From an uncultured Armatimonadetes bacterium (GTDB taxonomy: Bacteria > Armatimonadota > UBA5829 > DTJY01), in NCBI GenBank assembly GCA_963717145.1, contig OY970325.1, positions 1,856,001 to 1,920,000 of the forward strand: DNA of 64,000 nucleotides, in the 5' to 3' direction. Numbering within the stretch: the stretch's first letter is position 1; each line of letters begins with the position of its first letter. Of this stretch, positions 1 to 8,288 are shown piece after piece. Made by a program: the position numbers and the translations under genes. Below the pieces are notes generated by a model. The model was not told where the DNA came from, did not search any database, and saw nothing but the letters and a program-made list of their open reading frames with translations.

Positions 1-145
1 TCGGGCGATTTGCACCATAATCTTAGAAAGGCATAATGGGGTAAGTTGCCGTTTTTACGCTCCTGAATTACCCTCCGGACTGGGGTTGCTGAATCTTGTG
101 CCCCATATATAGCTACTGATACGCCGCAATGCAAGGAGACTAGTC

Positions 146-3100
146 ATGAAGAAAAGCCTGCTGCCCGCAATCATCATCGCCATGGTTCTGATTCCTTTGA
201 TGGCCTGCAGCCAGACTGCCGAGTTTCGGTCGATGGAGAGCACCGCCTGGGGTTCAGGCTTCGAGAGTCCTTCAGCGACCACAGCGTTCGTGAATTACGT
301 CCGATCGTGCAATATGAACGCGCTCATACCGGAGCTTCGACTCCGTTGCGACGCGTATTACGACTCGAACTACGAGCCGCCCGGCACCGGCGTAGCACCG
401 GCCTACGGTTACGATTCCCTTGCCGACCTCATCACCAAGGCCCACGCCGTGGGCATGGAGGTCCATCCCTGGTTCGTCACGTTCCGCATTTGGACGACGG
501 ATGCCGGAGCGCCGCACACGACACCGGAGCACATCTGGTGGACGCACGGCCCGGGCAACACGAACCCGGCTGAGGACTGGTGCATGAGGGGTGACACGGG
601 CGGATGGTCCTATGGAGGGATATCGAACCTCGATCCGGGACATCCGGCGGTAGAGGACTATCTGATAACCGTCTTCATGGACATGGTCAGCAGGTATGAC
701 GTGGATGGCCTCAACCTCGACTATATTCGCTACCCGTCCACAAGTTGGGGCTACAACCCGGTCGCCGTCGCAAGGTACAATGCCGAATACGGCACAACCG
801 GCAACCCATCGGCCAGCAATGCGAACTGGATGAACTGGCGGCGCGATCAGGTCTCGAACCTGGTCAAGCGTCTCTACCTCGAGATCAAGGCGATCAAGCC
901 ATGGGTGAAGCTGAACATCGACGGATGGAATTCCGCGAGCACCGGGAACGCGAGCTACTTCCAGGACTGGGACAAGTGGATGACCAACCACTGGCTCGAC
1001 TTCACGCATCCCATGTCGTACACGTCCAGCAACAGCACCTATAACGGCTGGCTGGACACCTACCTGGGCAATCAGCACGGACGACACGTCTATCCGCTTA
1101 TCGACGCGTCGAACGACATCAACGGCAACGTGATCCCGCAGATAGACAACGTCCGCGCGCACGGTTTTCAGGGGCTCGGGCTCTATGCGTACAATACAAT
1201 TCCGAACAGGACCGCCTTGAGGGATGCGCTCGTCGCCGGTCCATTCCCGACGTTCGTGTCGCCGCCGGGCATGTCCTGGCTCGATACCCCCACGAAGGGC
1301 CACATCAAGGGTTTCGTCAGGAATGGCGGCGGGAATGCGATCTACCCGGTCACGGTCACTATCATCGGCCCGGGCACAAGCAGTAAGAACACCGGCACGG
1401 GCTTCTACGGGTTCGTCGATGTGACCCCAGGGGACTACACTGTGCGCGCTCAGGCGGGCGGGTACACAACGGTTGACATGCCGGTGACCGTCACAGCCGG
1501 CGCTGTCACTACACAGGACTTCACGCTCGTGGGGGAGACGACCCCGCCCGTGATCACCAACGTTCGCGCAACGAACGTCCAGGCGACGAACGTTCTCATT
1601 CAGTGGGATACGGATGAAGGATCCACGAGCCAGGTTGACTACGGCCTGACCACATCCTATGGCACGACTACCACCGAGGACATGGCCCAGGTCACGGCTC
1701 ACGCGGTTCAACTCGTGAGCCTCATTCCAAGCACGACGTACCACTACCGCGTGCGCTCCTATGACGCCATAAGGAACGTCGCCGTGTCGACCGATTACCA
1801 GTTCACGACCGGTCCAAATGACACACCCGCGGATATCATCATTGACAACACGGACGCGGGATGCTCTGTCGTCGGCGGATGGCTCACGAGTTCCAGCGCG
1901 GGGGACAAATATGGGTCCAACTACTTCTACTGCTCGCCGGCAGTCGGCGGGAAGGTAGCCACATGGCGGCCGAACATCATCGTCGCCGGAAACTATGACG
2001 TCTACGCCTGGTGGCCTGCAGGAGGGAACCGCACCACCAGAGCACCATACATCGTCTACTGGAACGGCGGCTCGGAGACTATCCCGACGAACCAGCAGGT
2101 CAATGGTGGAAGTTGGCAGCTCATAAAATCCAATGTACCGTTCGCCCTTGGCACTGCCGGAAAGGTCACTGTATCGAACGCCGGCATCGAGGTCGGTTGG
2201 AACGTCATGGCCGATGCGATCAAGTTCGCTTACCACATCGTCGACGTGACCCCGCCGAGTGCGCCTACGAACCTGGCGGCCACCGCCAACGCGCTCGGGC
2301 AGATGTCGCTGACATGGACGGCCTCCACCGACAATATCGGCGTCACGGGCTACAACGTGTTCCGCGACACGGTGCAGGTGGCAACGCCCAGCACCAACTC
2401 ATTCGGAGACACGGGATTGGTGGCAAACACGCAGTACAGTTACTATGTGAAGGCCCACGACGGTGCAGGGAATCTCTCGTCCGCCAGCACTACGGTCGCG
2501 AAGTACTCGCTCTCCGTAGCACCCGGGGCCGGAAGCCTGACCTGTGACAAGACGGTCAACACCTGGCAGACCACGCCGGACTTTGCGTTCACCGCTGTCG
2601 GCGGGTTCGGCGCGGGCAAGGTCGAGTACTACAAGTATGCCTGGACGCAGAGCAGCACGTACACATGGACCGGCTTTGAGGGCCAGTGGACCTCCGGCAA
2701 CCTGACTCCTCAGGCAACAACCGGCGGGTCATGGTATCTCCACGTGAAGGGCTGCAACGGGAACGGCGTCGAGAACGGGGCCTACTCGTACGGCCCGTAC
2801 AAGTACGACGACACCGCGCCATCGGTCACCGACCTGAACGACGGCAAGTATGTGGCGTCCGGCGGGCAACTGAGCGCATCGTGGACCGGGTCCGATTCGC
2901 AGTCGGGTATCACCGAATACCAGTATGCCGTCGGCACCGCGCCGGATAACGTCGGCTCTGTTGTGGTGTGGACCTCCACCAACACGACGGCATCGGCGAC
3001 CACGGTCGGTCTGACCCTGGCGGCCAACCAGATGTACTACTTCGGCGTCAAGGCCAAGAACGGCGCAGGCGTATGGTGCGATCCCGTGATCTCGGACGGC

Positions 3101-3703
3101 GTGACCGGCGCGACGGTCGTGTCATCGATCGTGGCCGCGAAGGGGCTTGCCGACGACCAGGCGATCATGCTGAGCGATAAGGTCGTCAGTGGGAGCTTCG
3201 GGACATTCTTCTACATCTGCGAGGACAACACCGGCGGCAAGATCTCGGCCATTCGAGTCGAGGGCGCTTCGGGCTTCGAAGGAAACCTGAACGACGTCTC
3301 CGGCATCCTGGACACGATCAACGGCGAACGGGCGATCACCGCTCCGGACACGAGTCCTGTGGCGGGTCCCGGCGCCCCGACTCCGGTCCTCATCAACAAC
3401 AAGTACCTGGGCGGAGGCGACCTGAACGCCTACACGCTCGGAATCACCAATGGCATCGGCGTCAACAACGTCGGCATGCTGCTGACGATCATCGGCAAGG
3501 TCGTGAGTCCCGGTCTGGGGTACTTCATGGTGGATGATGGGTCGAAGCAGATCAAGGTCAGCACGCTCATGCTCGGACCGGTTCCCGGTGTGGATAAGAT
3601 GGTCCGCGTCACGGGCATTGTCTCCACGGAGGAGTCCGGCGGGATAGTCACCCCGGTACTCATACCGCGCGCCGACTCAGACGTGCCGGAGCCGTGGTAC
3701 TAG
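146..3703 (+). CDS. Secreted multidomain glycoside hydrolase-like protein (DUF187/GHL10 barrel, carboxypeptidase-regulatory-like, FN3-like, golvesin-like, FN3, C-terminal OB-like region)
   Basis: 1185 aa, signal peptide, motifs AHAVGMEVHPW, LDPGHPAV, DVDGLNLDYIRYP; DIIIDN..G.W; DVTPPSAPTNLAA. Confidence 0.85.
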   Translation: MKKSLLPAIIIAMVLIPLMACSQTAEFRSMESTAWGSGFESPSATTAFVNYVRSCNMNALIPELRLRCDAYYDSNYEPPGTGVAPAYGYDSLADLITKAHAVGMEVHPWFVTFRIWTTDAGAPHTTPEHIWWTHGPGNTNPAEDWCMRGDTGGWSYGGISNLDPGHPAVEDYLITVFMDMVSRYDVDGLNLDYIRYPSTSWGYNPVAVARYNAEYGTTGNPSASNANWMNWRRDQVSNLVKRLYLEIKAIKPWVKLNIDGWNSASTGNASYFQDWDKWMTNHWLDFTHPMSYTSSNSTYNGWLDTYLGNQHGRHVYPLIDASNDINGNVIPQIDNVRAHGFQGLGLYAYNTIPNRTALRDALVAGPFPTFVSPPGMSWLDTPTKGHIKGFVRNGGGNAIYPVTVTIIGPGTSSKNTGTGFYGFVDVTPGDYTVRAQAGGYTTVDMPVTVTAGAVTTQDFTLVGETTPPVITNVRATNVQATNVLIQWDTDEGSTSQVDYGLTTSYGTTTTEDMAQVTAHAVQLVSLIPSTTYHYRVRSYDAIRNVAVSTDYQFTTGPNDTPADIIIDNTDAGCSVVGGWLTSSSAGDKYGSNYFYCSPAVGGKVATWRPNIIVAGNYDVYAWWPAGGNRTTRAPYIVYWNGGSETIPTNQQVNGGSWQLIKSNVPFALGTAGKVTVSNAGIEVGWNVMADAIKFAYHIVDVTPPSAPTNLAATANALGQMSLTWTASTDNIGVTGYNVFRDTVQVATPSTNSFGDTGLVANTQYSYYVKAHDGAGNLSSASTTVAKYSLSVAPGAGSLTCDKTVNTWQTTPDFAFTAVGGFGAGKVEYYKYAWTQSSTYTWTGFEGQWTSGNLTPQATTGGSWYLHVKGCNGNGVENGAYSYGPYKYDDTAPSVTDLNDGKYVASGGQLSASWTGSDSQSGITEYQYAVGTAPDNVGSVVVWTSTNTTASATTVGLTLAANQMYYFGVKAKNGAGVWCDPVISDGVTGATVVSSIVAAKGLADDQAIMLSDKVVSGSFGTFFYICEDNTGGKISAIRVEGASGFEGNLNDVSGILDTINGERAITAPDTSPVAGPGAPTPVLINNKYLGGGDLNAYTLGITNGIGVNNVGMLLTIIGKVVSPGLGYFMVDDGSKQIKVSTLMLGPVPGVDKMVRVTGIVSTEESGGIVTPVLIPRADSDVPEPWY

Positions 3704-3728
3704 ACAGCATGGCTGATGGTTGATGCTT

Positions 3729-3768
3729 GAAGGGGGTATGGGAGCGTTCCCATACCCCCTTCTATTTT
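3729..3768 (+). terminator. Intrinsic terminator
   Basis: GAAGGGGGTATGGGA/TCCCATACCCCCTTC hairpin plus TATTTT after the stop. Confidence 0.75.
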
Positions 3769-3868
3769 GTAGGAGGGATTTTCGGGGATGACTGTGCCCC
3801 GTAATCCCGAACGCTGGGCGGTGACTTCGGGATTACGGGGCACAATCATCCCCGCAAATCCCTCCTAC
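3769..3868. repeat. GTAG-type REP-like long palindrome
   Basis: GTAGGAGGGATTT...AAATCCCTCCTAC with long inverted arms between convergent genes. Confidence 0.85.
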
Positions 3869-3873
3869 ATACG

Positions 3874-4690
3874 CTACTTCTGCATGAGGACTTGCTTACT
3901 CCGCGACTTCGTCAGCTCCACGTCCGGCTGCTCCTTCGCCATGATCGCAAGAGCGATCCGGATGTCCTCGTCCGCTTCCTCGGGGCTCATGAACCCGATT
4001 GCCACCGGATCGACGGGCTTGTTGTTCCGATAGACGTATCCCAGACCTGACTCGGGCATGACCCGTCCTGCAGCGAGAGGCTTGATGCAGGTCACCGGCT
4101 TCGGAGTATTCCGAATGACACTGGCGACCCAGTCGGTCTCGACCGGCATCAGGAACCCCGCGACGTTGAACGGCTGGATGTAGGTGTCCACGTCGTACCC
4201 GGCCTTGTCGCTGACGATGATGACCTCGGGGCGATGTGTACTCAGGCCGGTCGCCATGCCGTAGCCCCGAATCTCCTCCAGGTAACGAGGCAGGCCCTCG
4301 ATCTCGCCTTTGCCGATGTTCAGGCGGGTGTCGGTCCAGGAGGTGTGCGGCAGGCACATCTCCGCCCCATGGTCGGCGCACCACTTGATGCCGTCGGAGA
4401 GACCGTCACCGCCCATCCCCGGGGTGCACATCCAGACCATGTGATGGCCGGTCTGGCGCTCCAACTCCTGAATCGCCTGGTGCATTGCTTCCATCGGTCC
4501 GCTGAGCACGCAGTTGACGCCGTGTTCGGCGCACTTCGCCATCACCTCGATGATGCGTGGGACGTCGAAGTACTTCCTGAGCCACGTATCCCTCGCATTG
4601 CTGAAGTGCGAGTATCCGAAGAACGGATTCGATCCACAGATGACTCTCGAAGATCTCGATCCCTCCGATGGAGGTCATGGGCATGGACAT
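3874..4690 (-). CDS. Aldo/keto-reductase-like TIM-barrel protein, frameshifted near 4650
   Basis: Removing one base joins MSMPMTSIGGIEI to SRVICGSNPFFGYSH and the 223-aa ORF (GLSTHRPE, IKPLAAGR); GGAG RBS upstream. Confidence 0.7.
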
Positions 4691-4735
4691 GGGAAACTCC
4701 TTAATGTATCAGTTGGTCACTATGTCAGTTCGTCA

Positions 4736-4762
4736 GTAGGGAACGCCCGCTGTGGCGTTCCG
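4736..4762. repeat. Single GTAG REP unit
   Basis: GTAGGGAACGCC-cgctgt-GGCGTTCC. Confidence 0.6.
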
Positions 4763-4788
4763 TGAGTACGCTACAAGTCGAAGCGCAC

Positions 4789-5799
4789 TCACCCAGCCGA
4801 TGGCCGCTTACTCTCGCCGCGTATGCATCTGATGAGATCGGCAAGGCTTTGTTGATACTGGTCCTTGCTACGGAAGTCAGCATGCACCTTACCGTTCAAG
4901 AACGGAGGCTTCGCACAATCCTGGTATAGAATCGGCAGAACCACCACCCGCCGTTCCTCAAGCCCACGGCGGAAGGCAGTTGTCCACTCTGTCTCCACCC
5001 AAGCCGATTGCACAGCAGCTGGAGATAGGATCACCGCCAGGAAATCGGAATCCTGTATCCCTTTCTGGATCATCACCGTAAGATCATGTCCTATCTCGAG
5101 ATCCCACCCAGCGTACCAGACACTGATGCCCGCTTGCTCGAGATCCGACGCAAGCCTTTCCACAAACCCCTTGTCCTTGTGCGAGTGGGACAGGAAGACT
5201 CCTGGAGCATCCGGACTTGCAGCCCTCTTGGCGATAGTGAGGCTGTCACCGCGATCCACTAGTTGCTGCGCGTACGCATGGCCCTTTCCAGTGAGGCTAG
5301 ATACCCGGTATCCGTAATAATGATCCATTGATGTGTAACCTTCCCCGGAGAGCTGGTCAAGGATGGCATATGCCTCTTGCCCGCTCATGGTAGGCATAAG
5401 CCAACGATCCGTCTCGCTGTTGAACCGCTGCCCGAACGTATTGCTTCGGCGTAGTAGATTCCGCAGCGTCTGTTGGAACCTTTCGAAAGGCATCCCATCG
5501 TCACTCTGGTACAGTGAACCAGCAAACTCGAATGTTATGCTTCGCCCCGGCCAACTGGGAACCCTCACGCCATGCAATAGCCGGGATTGTTCATCCCACG
5601 TCTCGTACATATGCCTTGCTAGCTTCTGCCTGAGAGAAAGTCCACGCTGTACTTCGCCGGGCAGGTCATCGGCAAACTCTCGGGTCGCCCAATACGTGCC
5701 GCAGGAGTCACATATGACTTTGAACCCGTCGATCTCCTCTGCTTGCCCTATGTCAGCATCTGATCGACTACATATCAAACATCCAGTCTGCACTGCCAT
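4789..5799 (-). CDS. TIR-domain protein with N-terminal Zn ribbon
   Basis: CLIC/CDSC at N-terminus; C-terminal VFLSHSHKDK..VERLASDL and SAWVETEW with the conserved TIR glutamate. Confidence 0.85.
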   Translation of the reverse strand: MAVQTGCLICSRSDADIGQAEEIDGFKVICDSCGTYWATREFADDLPGEVQRGLSLRQKLARHMYETWDEQSRLLHGVRVPSWPGRSITFEFAGSLYQSDDGMPFERFQQTLRNLLRRSNTFGQRFNSETDRWLMPTMSGQEAYAILDQLSGEGYTSMDHYYGYRVSSLTGKGHAYAQQLVDRGDSLTIAKRAASPDAPGVFLSHSHKDKGFVERLASDLEQAGISVWYAGWDLEIGHDLTVMIQKGIQDSDFLAVILSPAAVQSAWVETEWTTAFRRGLEERRVVVLPILYQDCAKPPFLNGKVHADFRSKDQYQQSLADLIRCIRGESKRPSAG

Positions 5800-5867
5800 T
5801 CCTCCTCAGATCGACTAAGCAAAGTACTCCCATCGCCATAGTGTGTTCACGAACGGCAATATCCCGC

Positions 5868-6836
5868 TCAGAGTTCCTCATCCAAGCCATCGAGTGGCAA
5901 GTCCAATGTCGTAAGCATCGAGCGCTCCCAGCCCTGAGGGATCGGGGCGCAGCCCCTTGCGAGGAGCGACTCGTTGCCGCCGGGGAGCGGGCCGTCGGAG
6001 GGCTTGTGGACGTAGACCTCCCGCCCGAGCTTGAGCGCGCGGAGGCACTCGGACTCCATCACGCCGCCTGAGCGCACCTCGACCGCCACTACGACATCCG
6101 CCAGCGCGAAGACCATCCGATCGCGCTCCCGGCCGTTCGCGCCGATCCAGCGGTCGTAGAGCCTGAACGGCGAGATCACGAGGTCGCGCTCGGGGTCGAA
6201 CCGCAGATTCCAGATGCGCGCCTGGGCGACCGGCTCCCATCCGAGCCCCTGAGGGAATGCGCTCAGGATGCCCCGGTCGAGCACCAGGACGATCGGCGCG
6301 TTCCTCGACTTTGCGGCGAGCCCGACGATCTGGTAGCCCTGGGTGTTGTGGCTCGTGACGGCGGCGAGCCCCTGGTCGGCGAGCGTGCCGGCGATCTCGC
6401 GCGTGACCTCGATGCTCTTCCCGCCGATGCTCGCGGAGTTGATGACCGCGTACTTCCGGTCCCGCAAGAGGCTGAAGTTGCCGTGCGCGTAGACGATCGG
6501 CGGCGGGTCGTTCGTGTAGTCGCGGAGCATCGAGGGATAGTCGGAATCCTGCTCGGTCATGACCTTGATGTCGAGGCCCTCGGCGGCTGAGGCGATGGTC
6601 GCGTTCGACGGGATCAGCTCGTCCTTACGGAGCGCGATGCAGTGAGCGGCCTCGGGATGGAGCTTGTACTCCGACTGCAGGGTATCAGGCGAGAGGTTCC
6701 ACGCGCGGACATCGGCCAAGCGGACCTGATCGCCGGGCGGACACTCCCTCAGTATGCGTGCGATGCCCTTCGGTCCGAGGTGCGGGACCGAGTGGAGCAT
6801 GAGAGCGAATTGGATGCGGGAGATGTTGGCGGTCAT
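5868..6836 (-). CDS. DprA/Smf-like (SLOG fold) protein, divergent
   Basis: YPSMLRDYTNDPPPIVYAHGN, RDRMVFALAD.VVAVEVRSGG, GNESLLARG; the ORF 5' extension is a repeat, so the start was moved to 6836. Confidence 0.75.
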   Translation of the reverse strand: MTANISRIQFALMLHSVPHLGPKGIARILRECPPGDQVRLADVRAWNLSPDTLQSEYKLHPEAAHCIALRKDELIPSNATIASAAEGLDIKVMTEQDSDYPSMLRDYTNDPPPIVYAHGNFSLLRDRKYAVINSASIGGKSIEVTREIAGTLADQGLAAVTSHNTQGYQIVGLAAKSRNAPIVLVLDRGILSAFPQGLGWEPVAQARIWNLRFDPERDLVISPFRLYDRWIGANGRERDRMVFALADVVVAVEVRSGGVMESECLRALKLGREVYVHKPSDGPLPGGNESLLARGCAPIPQGWERSMLTTLDLPLDGLDEEL

Positions 6837-6844
6837 GGTGTTTT

Positions 6845-6927
6845 GCAGAGTATGGGGGTATGGGAGTGTGGGAGTGTGGGAGAGCAGAACGCCCATACCC
6901 CCACACACCCATACTCCCATACTCTGC
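6845..6927. repeat. Inverted 8-mer tandem repeat (GTRTGGGA)n
   Basis: GCAGAGTATGGG...CCCATACTCTGC; related tract at 40158-40185. Confidence 0.8.
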
Positions 6928-7140
6928 TCAAAGTCCTCCCAGCAGTCGGCGGGCATCATCGAGGGCATCGGATTCCTTGCCCTTGCGCTTCTTGACGGTC
7001 TCGATGTCGCGGAGGTCGATCTCGAGCTTGGTGACGCCCTCGAGTTCGACGTTGCCGATATCGAGGACGAGCCAGCCCTCCTCGGTCTTCTCGCCCTTGT
7101 AGCTGGAGGTGAAGCTCATCTTTTCCTTGGGGAATTGCAT
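6928..7140 (-). CDS. Small hypothetical protein (70 aa)
   Basis: AGGAGG RBS, host-like codon use, co-oriented in the operon. Confidence 0.7.
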   Translation of the reverse strand: MQFPKEKMSFTSSYKGEKTEEGWLVLDIGNVELEGVTKLEIDLRDIETVKKRKGKESDALDDARRLLGGL

Positions 7141-7147
7141 GCATGCC

Positions 7148-7211
7148 TCCTATCGGTCCCATCTGTCTCATACGTCCCATGGGACGCATGAGACAGATGG
7201 GACCTATGGGA
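7148..7211. repeat. Inverted 9-mer tandem repeat (GTCCCATnn)
   Basis: GGTCCCATCTGTCTCATACGTCCCAT/GGGACGCATGAGACAGATGGGACC. Confidence 0.8.
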
Positions 7212-7212
7212 C

Positions 7213-8049
7213 TCAGAGCCCCTTGCGACCCGTCGATGCCTCGGCTTTGAGCGATTCGGCGATCTGGATGCGGGCCTCGTCTATGATCTCCTGCACGTCC
7301 TCGGTGTGATATACCCTCTGGTCGAACGTGCGATTCTTGACCGTCTGCAGGAATCCCTCGAACTCGCCGAAATACGACCCGTAGATGTGGAACGAGTCGG
7401 CGATGTGCGTGTACTGCCCCACCCTGATCTCGCGTCCGAGGCGCTCGGACAGCTTCTCTGCAACCGCGCGCTGGAGGTCGGTGAATCCGTACATATTCAT
7501 GAATGCCGCCTTGAACGCATCGTTCGAGCGCATGTGGGCATTTAGGATCAGTTCGTCGTCGAAGACTCGGAACCAGAGCCGCTGGAGGCACGCGGGATCG
7601 GTGATGCCGGCGTCCTCCCATGGCTTCCAGGTGATCGCCTGAGCGCGTCGGGTGTGCGGCGCATCTGCGAGCTGACCGACGACATACTCCATCTGGTCGA
7701 TCGGCTTCCCCAGGCCAGGGACGGAATACGCAGCCAGTCGCTCGTGGTAGGTATACTCCCACTTGCCCGCCGCCGGATCGACCCAGTGATCGTGGATGCC
7801 GTCGACGACCTCCTGCCGATACGCCTCGAGTTCGACGATGCCACCGGGGAAGGCGCGGTGGATGCGCGGCTCGGACATCGGATCGGTGATGGTGATGACG
7901 GCGATGGAGTCGCGACTCGGGGGATCGCCTGGCTTGTCGTACTGGGTGGCGATCGGAGCGCCGTGCTCCCAGGTCTGAATCACGGCGTTTTCCCACGCCT
8001 CGGGGAGCGTCTGAGCGGTTATGTGGACGACGGGTAGGGTCAACGACAT
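7213..8049 (-). CDS. thyA: Thymidylate synthase, archaeal-like type
   Basis: YTYHERL, TRRAQA, PACLQ (catalytic Cys), MRSNDAFKAAFMN, SFHIY. Confidence 0.8.
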   Translation of the reverse strand: MSLTLPVVHITAQTLPEAWENAVIQTWEHGAPIATQYDKPGDPPSRDSIAVITITDPMSEPRIHRAFPGGIVELEAYRQEVVDGIHDHWVDPAAGKWEYTYHERLAAYSVPGLGKPIDQMEYVVGQLADAPHTRRAQAITWKPWEDAGITDPACLQRLWFRVFDDELILNAHMRSNDAFKAAFMNMYGFTDLQRAVAEKLSERLGREIRVGQYTHIADSFHIYGSYFGEFEGFLQTVKNRTFDQRVYHTEDVQEIIDEARIQIAESLKAEASTGRKGL

Positions 8050-8129
8050 CTCTTGTGCACCTTTCTAGTCAACTGGTTGAATGTTCGCGCCGAGGATGTC
8101 TATCTCCTGCCGGGCACTCATACTCGGAG

Positions 8130-8288
8130 AGCCCAAATTCGAAATCCGAAGCCCGAAATTCGAAACAAATCCGAATACTCAAGAGGGAAATACTTCAAAC
8201 AAAGGCCGGAAATCCGAGTTTGGCTTTTGTTTCTTTCCGGATTTGCCTTTTGTTTCGAATTTCGGGCTTCGGATTTCGAATTTGAGCT
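8130..8288. repeat. Inverted heptamer-repeat element (AAATYCG)n, AT-rich
   Basis: AAATTCGAAATCCGAAGCCCGAAATTCGAAACAAA and its reverse complement flank a short spacer. Confidence 0.85.

Noticed and set aside
272-2236. Long antisense and alternate-frame ORFs (also 9959-11605, 13307-15052, 33951-35375, 38124-39560)
   Set aside because: Shadow ORFs of well-supported genes, expected at high GC
7213-8049. Phage-type dCMP hydroxymethylase for DNA hypermodification
   Set aside because: The Asn after RSND (AAFMN) indicates dUMP specificity, and there are no phage or glycosyltransferase neighbours
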